This document shows, piece after piece, positions 1 through 12,530 of a stretch of 42,432 nucleotides of DNA; position 1 is the first letter of the stretch, and the number at the start of each line of letters is the position of its first letter. A program made the position numbers and the translations under genes. Under the pieces are notes generated by a model, which did not search any database, was not told the DNA's origin, and saw only the letters and a list, made by a program, of their open reading frames with translations. Origin of the DNA: Octopus bimaculoides (Eukaryota); the NCBI RefSeq assembly GCF_001194135.2, contig NC_068985.1, positions 41,129,927 to 41,172,358 of the forward strand. Reading direction: 5' to 3'.

Positions 1-511
1 ATATCAACACGAAAGAAAATGTTGAAAATGGCGGTTTTAAGCTGCTGATAAGTTTTTAGCTGTTGGGATAATGTCCAATTTATGATGCAATATGCAAGCA
101 ATATATACTGTTAACGACATTTTGTTTTTTGATTTAGTTAATAATATTGTTACACAACACTATTTCTCTGATAAAGTTTTGGCGAATTGGTAAGGAAGCC
201 TCCACTCTGAGATAAAAAAAAAAGAATGTATTGAAAAGAAACATTTACGAAATATATATTATATATAATTTCCTGTTGAATATTTACCTCTAAGTTTACA
301 AACAACATAGAAAACAAAACCAAAAAATCTACAAAAATGATAAGACAAAAGAAAAACAAGGAAAAGCAAAAAGAAACAAAGGAGCAAAATAATTAAATAC
401 CAGCAGAAAATAGACGCGTTATCTTTCCTCGTCAACATGAACTACTTCAATCACGTTAAACATGGATGCAAGCAATGGGCAGTTATCTGAGGACTTATTA
501 AAATGAGTGGA

Positions 512-915
512 AAGGCGGCCAACTGGCTTCGTGGCATTTCGTCCGTCTTGACGTTGTGAGTTTCAATTTTGCTGAGGTCGACTTTGCCTTTTGTCCTATC
601 GGAGTCGATAAAATAGATATCAGTTGAACACAGAGGGGCGATGTAATCGACTTATTCCCTTTCACCGAGATTGCTAGTCTTGTCTCAAAATTTGAAACCA
701 AAGGCAGTGAGCTGGCAGAATCGTTAGCACACTTAACAAAATACCTAGTGGCATTTCATCCGTCTTTACATCCCGAGCACAAATTCCGCTGGGGTCGACT
801 TTACCTTTCATCTTTTCGGAGTGCATGAAATAAGTACCAGTTGAAATCTAGGGTCGATGTAATCAACTAGCCCCTTGCCCAAAAATTTCAGGTTTGTGCC
901 TAGAGTGGGAAGGTT
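512..915 (+). mobile_element. Two head-to-tail copies of octopus-type tRNA-derived SINE (family B, about 210 bp)
   Basis: AAGGC..GAGCTGGCAGAATCGTTAGC head; GTCGACTTT.CCTTT; GTCGATGTAATCGACT. Copies about 512-700 and 701-915. Confidence 0.85.
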
Positions 916-1008
916 AATAAAGTGAATATGTAAAATAATTTTTTACTTCTTTTCTTCAGGGTAAGTCTGACTCTTGCCTAGTCTCCTCTTAGTGTTTATT
1001 TTTGCAAG

Positions 1009-1090
1009 TATAGATGTTTTCGATCTAGTTTGGATTCTTTGCCATCAAATTTGATGGCAAAAAATCCAAAATAGATCGAAAACATCTATA
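1009..1090. repeat. Loopless 82-bp palindrome
   Basis: 41-bp arms centred at CATCAAA|TTTGATG, 2 mismatches. Confidence 0.95.
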
Positions 1091-1190
1091 TTTTACCAGT
1101 GACCGAGTCTTGTTCTCACTACTGCTTATTCAATTCTACATTACTAGTATTTATTCATTTCTATCTATCTAATATCTGCAACGTTACAAA

Positions 1191-1428
1191 AATATTAATA
1201 GTTGTCGCCAAGCCAACATGGCAGTCCAAAAAATAGGACGAATGCTGCCGTTGATTAGCTCCAAGAAGCCATCGCCTCTAGCTAGCTATGTGACACACAC
1301 GTTATAATGGACATAAGTTCGTGTGTCACATAGCTAGCTAGAAGCGATGGCCTCTTGGAGCTAATCAATGGCAGCATTCGTCCTATTTTTTGGACTGCCA
1401 TGTAGGCTTGGTGATAACTATCAATATT
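1191..1428. repeat. Long inverted repeat (108-bp arms, 22-nt spacer)
   Basis: Arms 1191-1298 and 1321-1428, 7 mismatches. Confidence 0.95.
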
Positions 1429-1929
1429 CAGTACCGCTGCCGTAGTCTCCCTTAGAGAGAGACTTAGAAATATTAATATTTCTATAGTTACAAAAAATAA
1501 TTAAAAAGAAAAATGAAAACCAACTTCAGCAAAACTGGAACATTTATCTCAACATGTGACTTTAGATTTATGGGTTTTCCTAAATATATATATGTATAAT
1601 GCAAGTAAAGGTGTGTGGTCAGGGCTTTGTACTGACGATCGCTAGATCATGGGTTCGATTCTGGACGGGGCTTGTTGTGTTGTGTTTTGTTCATGAGCAA
1701 AACACTTCATTTCACGTGGTTCCATTTCATCCATCTGTAAATGGGTAACCTCCTGATGGAATAGGTTTCCGATCAGGGGTGGGGGAATGTTGATCTGCTC
1801 GTAACCAGTGAAGTATAACAACATTCGAGAGTCTGGTAGATACCGTGATATAATATAAAGTGATGGTGAGTTGCGAAGTTACTGATGAGAATTTAGATAA
1901 AAAATATTTTTAAACCTTCAAAGAGCAAT

Positions 1930-1961
<32 letters not shown>

Positions 1962-2572
1962 ACACACACGCATTTATCTTGTTAGGAAACTCGTTTATCT
2001 TGTTAGGAAACTCGTTTTGGAACTACGCAGTTTTGGGTTCAGTCCCACTTTGGGAAAGTGTCTTCACTGTAACCCCGGGCTTTGTGAGTGAATATGGTAG
2101 ACGAGCGCTGTGTAAAAGCCTATCGTATTAATGTGTGTATGTCTGTGTGTGTGTGTGTGTGTGTGTGTTACGTCTTACCGCGTCACCGCTTGACAACCGA
2201 TGCTGGTTTGCTTACGTCCCTGTAACATAGAAGTTCGGCAAAAAAGGCTAAGATAAAAAGAAAAAAACAACATAAGTACTGTGGTCGATTTGTTCGACTG
2301 AAATAAGTCCCAGATAAAAGATAAAGAATAGATATTAAAAGACAAAACAAAACAAAATTCACAATTTTTACCCTTCCAAAATCATGTGTTTGTTTTTTTT
2401 ACTTCTACGCTTAACTTAATTAAAACTAGAGTTTCTTAAAATACATATGGTCTCCATGGAAACAGATGACTACAGCCATAAAAAAGGTGACACCATAAAG
2501 TTGTGAATTTAGTCGCAGGAAATTGTAAATTCCCAGACCACACTAAAAAGCATATATCTTTGGGAATTTTAA

Positions 2573-2792
2573 TCCGGCGAGCTGGTAGAAGCGTTAGCAC
2601 GCTGGGCGAAGTGCTTAGTGGTATTTCGATTGTCTTTACGTTCTGAGTTCAAATTCCTCCGAAGTTGACTTTTCCTTTTATCTTTTCGCAGTCGATAAAT
2701 TAAATACCAGTTGCGTACTGGAGTCGATCTAATCGACTGGCCCCCTCCCCCCAAATTTCGGGCCTTGTGCCTAGAGTAGAAAAGAATATATG
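2573..2792 (+). mobile_element. SINE family B copy with 12-bp target-site duplication
   Basis: TGGGAATTTTAA at 2561-2572 and 2793-2804 flanks the element. Confidence 0.9.
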
Positions 2793-3665
2793 TGGGAATT
2801 TTAAAAGTTGGTACTTAGAAGGGCCAATGTCTTTTAGGACCAATACTTTTTAAGGGCTGGGAATATTAAGAGAGACTTTGAGGCCTGGGAGTACTAAGAG
2901 TGACTTTGAGGCCAGGTGCATTTTATGAACAGTTTCGTGGTTCTGATATAAATATCCCACATAGATAGTAAGTCAGTCTAAAAAGATAAAATTCCCAGAC
3001 GATATGATACCGATTTGATTCCCAGGAGCGTGTTCAACAGAGGCGAATAAGGAGCAAAATATTTTTCCCAAATACACAACGAAGCAAGCGTGCATCGAAT
3101 TTTGAACTCCCAACATACTGAGTCGGTTTGTAATATATCTTACGCCTCATTTACTATATTCCGACTTGTGCAATGAAACGTATGACTTTCAATGATTCAT
3201 CAACATTCTTTAAGCTGGTACTCCTCGCTTACGACTACGAGGGTTCCAGTTGATTCGATCAACAGAACAGCCAGCACGTGAAATTAACGTGCAAGTGGTT
3301 GGGAACTCTACGGACACGCGTTTCCTTATCGTGGTTCTCAGAGAGATTTATCGTGACAAGGCCCTTTGAAATAAAGGTGTTATTCACTTTTGCTAGCTGA
3401 GTGGACTGGAGCAGCGTGAAGAGGAGTGACTGAGAGGAGATAACCACTCTGAAATGAAACGCATCCCACAGTCTAGTTAGGAGGCGCTGTGAGCTGACTC
3501 GGTGCATTTACATCTAATCGCCTACAGCGAGAAATTTTCTACTTTACAAAATACAGTGAATGGCTTTCTTACGGGTTCAAATATGCCTCAAGCATATTTC
3601 AACTAGTAACAAGTTTTTATTTATAGACGTAACTGCTTAGCGTTGTCACCCATATATACGTATAT

Positions 3666-3713
<48 letters not shown>

Positions 3714-4646
3714 GTGTATATGTGTGCGCATGCATGTGTCTGAGATTGTGTCATTGTGTCTGTGTCCACACCACCTGACAACCGGTGTTGGTTTGTTTAC
3801 GTCCCCATAACTTAGGCGTTAGGCCAAAGACACCGACAGAATAATACAAAAGTTTAAAAGAATAAGAACTAGATTCGTTCAAGTAAACCCTTGAAAGCAA
3901 CGCCCATCATAGCCGCAGTTCTATGGCAATAAACGAATATATAAGCCTACATTATCAATTTCCGTTCTGATAGGGATTAGCTGCCATTTCTAGCTCGCTG
4001 AACGACTGCACAGAGTCTCACTTGTTGGTCTTCTTAGATTGTAAGGTCAAGACCTGTCGGGATTCATCGTGGATTTTCCTCCTTCCCACGGTTCCGTAAA
4101 AAAAAAATAGCAGAAATACAGAAACACAAAGCATAGGGTCTTGTGCCTCAGAAAGAAACCGAACTTTTTTCCATTGACGGTTCATTCAAAACAGTTCATT
4201 ATTCATGCGTGACGGACCATTTTCTCTTGAAAGGCAACATAAACCTTTCATTGGTCGCTCAATCAAAACAGATTTCCATTGATGCGTAACCGAAACTCTT
4301 TCAGTGAATCACAATGTCAAAGCTTTCATGAATAGTTCAGAGGAAACGGTTTCATTATTCATGCGTAACAGGCACCTTTTCTATTGTAGCATTGCACTGT
4401 TTCATATAACTATAATAGTCGACGACGGGCGCATGCGCGTTTACGAACGAGCACGTGTACGCACGAAGATAACAAACACAGACACACGCACGTATGTATA
4501 ATAAAAAGAGCATGTATGTATGTCAGCGTGTGTTGCATTTATGTGTGCGCGTGTGTGTAAATGCATGCAGACGGTCGTAAACTTAACGCACATACGGATA
4601 CTTTATGTGTGTGTGTGTAATATATATATAAACGTGTGTAATATAC

Positions 4647-4647
<1 letters not shown>

Positions 4648-4694
<47 letters not shown>

Positions 4695-4697
4695 CAC

Positions 4698-4770
<73 letters not shown>
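4648..4770. repeat. (TA)n plus (TCTA)n microsatellite
   Basis: Direct reading. Many similar TA/CA/GA arrays occur at about 14497-14705, 15121-15620, 16614-16835, 18281-18525, 24520-24750, 26185-26275 and 27204-27296. Confidence 0.95.
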
Positions 4771-4771
<1 letters not shown>

Positions 4772-4907
4772 ATGTATATATACACGTATGTATATTACAC
4801 ACAATGTATATATGTAAATATATTGGGTTATATGTGGAGATATATATGAATATACATGTGCTTGTATTATGGGCGCGAAGGTGTATGTGTGTGCGTGTGT
4901 GTGTGCA

Positions 4908-4946
<39 letters not shown>

Positions 4947-5352
4947 ATGTTGGTGTGTGTGTATGTGTGTGAAAATGTAATGGGGACAGAAGACGTGCAC
5001 AAGAGGTGTATAGTGAGAGCATGCATGTATGTTTGGGTGAGTGTATATGAATGAGTGACTACACGCATGTTTCTGCACGTAGGTATGCATACTAGTGTAT
5101 ATGCGTATGCGTGCATGCGTGTGTGTATGTGTATATGTTGCATGCGCGCGCGCACGTATATGTACACTCTTGAAATCTCGATATCCACGAAGTAACAGCC
5201 CACAAATTGAGAGGTGAGCAGTTCCGGTACTTTTACTGTTGTTTTTTTTTAGCCCATATCACATTGGTCGGCATTGGTACTTGTCAAGCAGGCCAGTAGG
5301 ATCAAGCAGACCAGTGACGTTCCAGCCGTGGATATCTCATTTATTTTATATA

Positions 5353-6640
5353 TGAGGTCATTAAGAATGAAATGTTCGATTTTCTTATGCACTAAGTTTG
5401 ACAGTTGTTAACTCTGTTTTATCCTGACAATTCTTTGTTTCACAACAGTGAAGAGTTACATCGTCACTTTTCGAAATACAATTCATAGTGTTTGATTATA
5501 TTGTGAGTTTTCTCTTGTAAATCAATTTTTGTGAACCCATGGATAGATAAAAAATTCGTGTTGTTTAAGAATATGAGTTCCGTCGTGGAACCAATGCATT
5601 CCAGACAGCTTGAAACATCAATGCGGTGTTTGGTGAAGATGTGGCGAATGAGCACACTGCACGTCGATGGTTTGACAAGTTCCAGTCTGGTGACTTTACT
5701 CTTGAAAATCAACCCCGTGGTAGACCTGAGACCAAGATGGATAATGATGAGCTGGAAACTGCAGTGGAAGCGGATACATCTCAAACTACGCATGAGTTAG
5801 CAGCATGGTTAGCAAGGTTTGATGTTTCGATTCCAATTGTATTGTACCATCTGAAACAAATCGGCAAAGAAAAGAAGCTGGACAAGTGGGTATAACACGA
5901 ACTGAACGAGCATTAAATGACACGTCGTCTTGAAACTTGCTGTTCTTTGTTGTCACGGCATAAAGGTGAACCATTTTTGTATCGTATTGTTACGTGTGAT
6001 GAAAAATGGATTCTTTTCAACAGTAGCAAGCGTTCTGCACGGTGGTTGGATATAGACGAAGCACTAAAGCACAAGCCCAAAATGAATATTCATTAAAAAG
6101 GCTAATGGTGTTTGTTTGGTGGTCCAGTGCTGGTGTCATCCACTACAGCTTCATGAGACCTAGTAAGTCAATTACAGCAGATGTATACATCAACCAGCTG
6201 GATGAAATGATGAGTGAACTTGCAATTAAACAACCGAGATTGGTCAACAGAGACAGGCCAATTCTCTAGCAAGACAATGCTCGACCACATGTTGCACAAA
6301 GAACGCTACTCAAGTTACAGCAACTGAACTTGGAAGTACTCTGTCATCCACCATATCCACCAGACCTTGCACCAACTGACTATCACGTTTTCCAGGCATT
6401 AGACAACTCTTTGCAAGGAAAAAAACTTCAAACCTGAAGAAGATGCAAAAACAGCCTTTCATGATTTCGTCACCTTTGCTCTCCAGAATTCTTCGCTGCC
6501 GGCATAAATAAGCAACCGATAAAATGGCAAATGTGTGAGATAATTTAGGTGCATACTTTGATAACTGCATTGCTTTTTGTTGAGATAAGGTAAAATAAAC
6601 TTTTAGTTTAAAATCGCACATTCCATTCTTAATGACCTAA
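5353..6640 (+). mobile_element. Full-length decayed mariner (DD34D) transposon
   Basis: About 30-bp TIRs (TGAGGTCATTAAGAATGAAATGTTCGATTT / rc TTAGGTCATTAAGAATGGAATGTGCGATTT), TA on both sides, 1288 bp. Transposase remnants RRWFDKFQSGDFTLENQPRGRP, IVTCDEKW, QDNARPH, HPPYPPDLAPTDYH with stops and frameshifts. Confidence 0.95.
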
Positions 6641-6739
6641 TATAAGTGATTATCCATACAGGATAATTCTTGCAGGTCGTGTGATCATGTAGAGACCTAT
6701 TCGTTGGCTCAGAGTAGCTTTCTTATGGGAAAGAAATAG

Positions 6740-6951
6740 TATGTATATATGTATGCGTGCACGTATGTATGTATGTATGTACGTAGGTACGTACATGCAT
6801 GCATACATACATGCATACATACATGCATGCATACATACATGCATGCATACATACATGCATACATACATGCATGCATACATACATGCATGCATACATACAT
6901 GCATGCATGCATCAATAAATACATACATACATACATACATACATACATACA

Positions 6952-6980
<29 letters not shown>
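6740..6980. repeat. (ATAC)n/(ATGC)n tetranucleotide array between the two mariners
   Basis: Direct reading. Confidence 0.95.
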
Positions 6981-6982
<2 letters not shown>

Positions 6983-7002
6983 TACATTTATTGCATAACA
7001 TA

Positions 7003-8348
7003 TCAGGTCATCCCATAAGTTCTGTCTGATTTTACCTCTTTTAAAATTAATTGAAATTTAATAGTATTTTAGACTCTCTAATGGAATTAAAAATTATTTT
7101 TATGCATTTGTGTACATTTATACTAATTAAATATTATTTTACAGAATAATAGAATTAAAATTTCTTTGATTAAAACTCTTTCTAACATGGAAGTATCTAA
7201 AGAGCATTTGAGGCACATAATGCTTTATGAGTACAAAAAAGGAAACTCTGCAGCCGAAGCGACTAGAAACATACACTCAGTTTATGGGAAAGAATGCTTG
7301 AATGAAAGAACTTGCAGAAGATGGTTTGCAAAATTCAGAAGTGGAGATTTCAGCCTTGAAGATGAAGATCGAACAGAACGTCCAGTTGAGTTTGATGATA
7401 AGCTCCTTGAGGCATTACTTGAAGAAAATCCTGCATTANNNNNNNNNNNNNNNNNNNNNNNNNNNNNNNNNNNNNNNNNNNNNNNNNNNNNNNNNNNNNN
7501 NNNNNNNNNNNNNNNNNNNNNNNNNNNNNNNNNNNNNNNNNNNNNNNNNNNNNNNNNNNNNNNNNNNNNNNNNNNNNNNNNNNNNNNNNNNNNNNNNNNN
7601 NNNNNNNNNNNNNNNNNNNNNNNNNNNNNNNNNNNNNNNNNNNNNNNNNNNNNNNNNNNNNNNNNNNNNNNNNNNNNNCATCTGCTCTTCTCTCCATTCT
7701 TGTGAACTCATTTCACTCTTTTTGGATAGACTTGTGACTGGTGACGTAAAATGGATCTTCTATCGAAATGTTAAATGTCGTAAACAGTGGCTTGGTAAAA
7801 GGGAAAAAGCTCAACCACAATCGAGAAGGGAACTTCATGGAAATAAGGTTCTTCTCTCTATTCTTTGAATTGTTACCACCTAATGCAACAATCAATATTC
7901 AAGTCTACTGTCAGCAATTAGAGCATTTGAACCAAGCTTTGAAGAAAAAAAGACCCATTTTAGTGAATCGAAAAGGAGTGATGTTTCATCAGGACAATGC
8001 GTTACCCCACACTGCAAAGATCACATCACAGAAGATCGAAGAGCTTGGTTGGGAAAAAATTCCTCATCCTGCTCCTTCAGACTACCATTCGTTTCGTAGT
8101 TTTACAGAATCATTTGGGGGACATAACTTTCGCAAGCCAGGAGGAGATCGAAACTGACATTTCAGAGTTCTTCGCTTTGAAACCAAAGGAGTTTTACATT
8201 CATGGGATTAAAAAGCATGTAAATGGATGGAAGGAAGTCATAGATAATCATGCAAAGTACATTGATGATTAAATTTTAATTAAGAAATAACATTTGATCA
8301 CTTGTTTTCTTTATTCAAAATTCGGACAGAACTTATGGGATGACCTGA
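7003..8348 (+). mobile_element. Second mariner (DD34D), different TIR family, with gap and small deletions
   Basis: TIR TCAGGTCATCCCATAAGTTCTGT(C/T) at both ends with TA duplications. ORF MEVSKEHLRHIMLYEYKKG...RRWFAKFRSGDFSLED, LVTGDVKW, FHQDNALPH, PHPAPSDYH (YSPDL lost). Confidence 0.95.
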
Positions 8349-8666
8349 TAGTATTAAACATGAAATATATGACATTCGTTCATGGAAACGTTCGTAACTT
8401 TGAGTTAACTTCTCTTTTCCTGACTAGAAATAATTATTATTCACTCCGTGAANNNNNNNNNNNNNNNNNNNNNNNNNNNNNNNNNNNNNNNNNNNNNNNN
8501 NNNNNNNNNNNNNNNNNNNNNNNNNNNNNNNNNNNNNNNNNNNNNNNNNNNNNNNNNNNNNNNNNNNNNNNNNNNNNNNNNNNNNNNNNNNACGATGCAC
8601 AAGCCCTCTCTCTGAAAGATTTCAGGCAATGTGCCTATAATTGAAAGAATTTTTATTATTATTACT

Positions 8667-8870
8667 AAGGCGGCGGGCTAGCAGAATTGTTAGCACGCCG
8701 GGCGAAATGCTTGGCGGTATTTCGTCCGTTTTTACGTTTTGGGTTCAAATTCCGCCGAGGTCATCCCTTCGGGGGTCGATAAAATAAGTACCAGTTGTGT
8801 ACTGGAGTCGAAGTAATCGACTATCCCCTCCCCCAAATTTCAGGCCTTGTGTCTTTCGTAGAAAAGATTA
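8667..8870 (+). mobile_element. SINE family B copy
   Basis: Same head and body as 2573-2792, with a (TAG)n tail. Confidence 0.9.
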
Positions 8871-9544
8871 GTAGTAGTAATAGTAGTCGTAGTAGAATTT
8901 TTATAACGCTCCCTATTAATCATGTAAATTAAACCGTGACTGTAGATTAACAAGTGTCATTATTTAACCGTCAAACACTTTGGGAATCTATTCACTCGAT
9001 AAAACAGGTTTCGTGATTCTAACACCAAATTGTCTGTGTCCTTAGTAATATCTCGCTAGCTCCAGTTTTTCTTCATCTAAGTCGTTCTTTCTTTCTTTCT
9101 TTCTTTCTTTCACCATCGTCGTTATTACCATCATCGTCGTCATCCTCCACCTCCTTACCATCGTCATCGACGTCTCCAAAATCTCAGAGAGATGTGTACG
9201 TCTGCTCGCAGCCATATAAACACCTAAAACAATTAGCGAAAGCATCGTACATGTTACCAAGGTATACTCGCTGTTTGTACCGTATAACTTTTATTATGAT
9301 CATATTTGATCGCTGTGTCTCGATTAAACGATTTGTTCGAACAAATAAATCCTAGAGAATCTTACAGCAGTCATTTTCAATAACACTTGTGGCTTGTGAG
9401 CATCACATTTTCATCAACTTTTAATCCGACTTTACTTTTATCCACCTAGTGTATCCGAGTGTCTTCCGTTCAATGAATTATCGCGTGTTCATTTTATATA
9501 TCGATACATTCATACCAAATCATTAATATTTCATTTGTAACTAA

Positions 9545-10380
9545 GGCCGCTGAAATTCCGTACACATATGTTTGGATTCGTGTAGCATGCGCCCGTCCCA
9601 GCCCACCAAAGATCAAATTGTGGCTTTGTTGTCACGCTGCACCTCCGCCACCCGGGCCCGTCGAGCGGCTTTCATCCCCTTGTATCTCAGAGCACGCATC
9701 CTAGCTCTGACAACGCAACCTTCGTGCCTGGCATTGAAAAATTGCGGTCTGTGTAGCCAACGACTTTGAGCTGCGCACAACATGCTATTTCTATCTGCAG
9801 GCCTACAAATTACTCTATCTAGATACGATCTGGAAGACCTGATACTGTTAGCCCATGTCAGCTAATTCGAAGTGACTGAGTAGGTTTGTGAGGCTTTTGC
9901 ACCCCGACCCACCCAACACAGGTGTGCGTCCAAGATGGCGTTCCAATCGCCCACCAGAACTAAAGAGTGAGACAGTCCAAAGAAAACCTGCAAACGTTTG
10001 AAGAAATCTGGCTGCCCCATCCCAGCTGAGGCGTACACAGCGACTGGTTTGAAAGCACCACCTTCGCTATCGTTCACATCAAGGAACTCCAACTTACCTT
10101 CCAAGTTCAGGAAGATCATCCGTACCTCGAAATACAGGCCTTTCCACAACAGCACTGCCACCCCGCCTCCCATTCCAATCCGACTAAAAGATGCGTAGCT
10201 CTCAAAATCATCGAAGATCGAAGTTAGATCGCATATGTCAGAAGTCCTAGTTTCGCTGACGGTTGTCACATCCATAGCTAGTAACCTGAGGTTAGTGAAG
10301 AGGTGACCCTGCATCCAGGGCGACCCCACATCATGAACATTTGTACTACCTACTCTTAAACACACGATGATGACCGGACG
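9545..10380 (-). pseudogene. LINE ORF2 APE endonuclease plus linker remnant
   Basis: LRVGSTNVHDV (SxNVxG), DVTTVSET (QET), GGGVAVLL, LVLVGDWNAILD (GDFN), then frameshifted TWANS...SYLDRV and GYTDR (SDH), then linker RARMRALR...ATI*SL..DGRML. Confidence 0.85.
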
Positions 10381-10399
10381 AAATTTTGAGAAGAATTTT

Positions 10400-10565
10400 G
10401 AGGGGAGAAAAAATGCTATATTTTATAGGATGAACACAGAGGCAGATGACAATCTAGCTCTTGGAAAGATGCACATTTCTTGATAATTTAAGAATCTGTC
10501 ATTAATATCATTCCAAAGTATTGGGCGTCGAATTAATCGAATATATTCTCCGCACAAAATCTAAA
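10400..10565. repeat. 166-bp direct repeat, copy 1
   Basis: 5 mismatches versus 12993-13158 (about 97% identical). Confidence 0.95.
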
Positions 10566-10709
10566 TCTACTTAGCCCCGGGTGCTGCTGGAGGTCAGGTG
10601 GCTCAATGACCATGAGTTGTCGGGGTTCCTCTGGTAACCCCTTTAAAAGCCTACACGTGTCTTTTAAATTAGGGGTTCCACGTCTTGAGGGAAGCTCTCC
10701 TAATATTTT

Positions 10710-12530
10710 TTATGACTCTATAGGCATTCGCACCAACACCAGTGTTTCTGGCACTTGAAAGGTGCTGGTGCCAAAGATCACACCTTCTCTCTTGACATCT
10801 TTCCTTCGGGATCTATCATTTGTTTGCTGGTCCCTCTCACTAGCACGAAGTTTGGTGTTTGTGTGGTTGGTTGTTGCTGTTGGGAGTACTTTCTTTTGGT
10901 CAGTTGATGCAGCTGGGGTAGTGTTGGTGAAGCTGTTTGTGATGGCGATGGAGGGGTTGGTGATACTGTAGGTGTGTCTGTGGTAGTTGTGGATATATTT
11001 CCTATGTTTTTTTGGTATATGTGTTGATGGGGGTGGGGGCATGATATTTTCTTGTGATTCCATTTTTTTTTGTTTTTAGAGTCGCCCCTCATTTTCAATG
11101 CGTGTTGCAAATGAATCCGTGTCTGCAGAATTGGGGTGCGAGTCAATGAAAGTATTTGGGTTTGGAGTAGATGGAGAGAGGGAGGGTGGGGAGAGATTTG
11201 TCGGGAAAGTCCCCTGAGTGATGTGTGTGTCCGTATTTATTAATTATTCTTTCTGCTGTTGACGGGAGTGATGGTGGTGCATCTGTTGCTGGCGTTGCTG
11301 GTGTTGTTGGTGCTGTTGGTATTGTTGGTGTTTCTGTAGTTGCTCGTATAGCTGTTGTAGCTGGTGTTGCTGCTGTGACTGATGTTGCTGATGTTGTTGA
11401 TGTTGTTGGTGGTCTTTCAGCGTTTAATGATTTCGCTGTTCCTATTGTTGATGATGCCGTTGTTGCCCAGGCTGGAGCTGCTTTTGTTGCTGATCGTTGC
11501 TGATTTGGTTGTTGAAGCTTCCACGGTTTCCTGTCTTCTGTTGGGGGAAGAAAGCTTTCAAGTAGCATCTCTCTCCACACAGGTGGCACTTTGACCTTCT
11601 ACCCTCAGTTGTAACGTGTAGTTCTTCTCCTCCTGGGAGGCGAATGAGATTTGGAATCTTATTAATTGCTTCTGGTTTAATGTGGAGGAGCACTTCCACA
11701 CTAGTCCCACAATAATTTTCGCGACGGGTTCTCTTCCCTTCCAGGAGGCTATTCCAAAACAATTATAGCTAAAATCCACCACAAATTTGAGGTCTTTATG
11801 AGCACCATCCTCCTTCCTAAATAGGATGGATGGAGCACATATTTTTCACTCCGACAGGGAACCACGGAGTGTTTGAAGGCCACAGCTTCAGATTCAAAGA
11901 ACACTGAAACGCCCACAAACTGTTTAGCCCTCGATACACATAGAATGTCGGACATTATTTATTTCAGTGCTGCTTCTACGTCCGCCTGACTAGCCATCTC
12001 GACCGCTTTGTGTTTACAGAAATGCATTTGTATATAATTGTTTTCTTTTTTGCCTCTGCCAACACCTCATGGAGTGGATGGTAATGTTCGGTCGCACTTT
12101 CTCCAGCCTTATCAATTTAGCTGCCTCAGCTAGACAATATCTTTCTGAAGAAGATCCATATTAACCAACTTGCTTTTCACTGGAGTTGCAGCGAATGTAT
12201 TGTTGTTGATATTGCTGTCGTTATTGATTACAATTCGTTGTATTGGTGGTAGTGGTGGCAGTGTAGGTTGTGGTCGTGTTCGTATTCTTGTTTTTGGCAT
12301 ATTCCAATTGATTGTAGGTATTTCAAGTTTGTAATTTGAATTATGTCCTTGCGTTGTAATATCGCTGAATCTACTGCTATTGGTCAACTTTGTGGTAATT
12401 TCATTCACTGGACTTTGGACCTAATGGGTGCTCGCCTCCACTTCTATTTGTGGGTAGTAGGCGGAGGGTACTACGGTGTCTTACACCTCTCTATCTGAAC
12501 CACCTCTCATCTCCTCTTCCATATCCTCCG
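10710..12530 (-). pseudogene. LINE ORF1 (gag-like) remnant with degenerate zinc knuckle and Thr/Ala-rich tail
   Basis: Broken frames including LHPSYLGRR and ELHVTTEGRRSKCHLCGERCYLKAFFP (decayed CX2CX4HX4C, typical of Tx1 ORF1), then low-complexity TTSTTSATSVTAATPATT. Confidence 0.65.

Noticed and set aside
487-513. CTGAGGA...GAAA
   Set aside because: Helix II is out of register and GAAA overlaps the SINE start; no helix III.
1632-1660. CTGACGA hammerhead-like heptamer
   Set aside because: Lies in a tRNA-derived SINE head; no GAAA or helix I.
1973-2014. 21-bp exact tandem duplication; similar ones at about 2855-2912, 13345-13397 and 33352-33395
   Set aside because: Ordinary slippage duplications with 2-3 units and no unique spacers; not CRISPR-like.
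9042-9260. 72-aa minus ORF ending DEEKLELARYY
   Set aside because: Built largely from (GAT/GAC) and (AAAG) simple repeats; no homology recognised.
10446-10490. CAGATGA-CAA...TTG-GAAA inside the 166-bp repeat
   Set aside because: The core is broken, differs in copy 2, and has no helix I or III.
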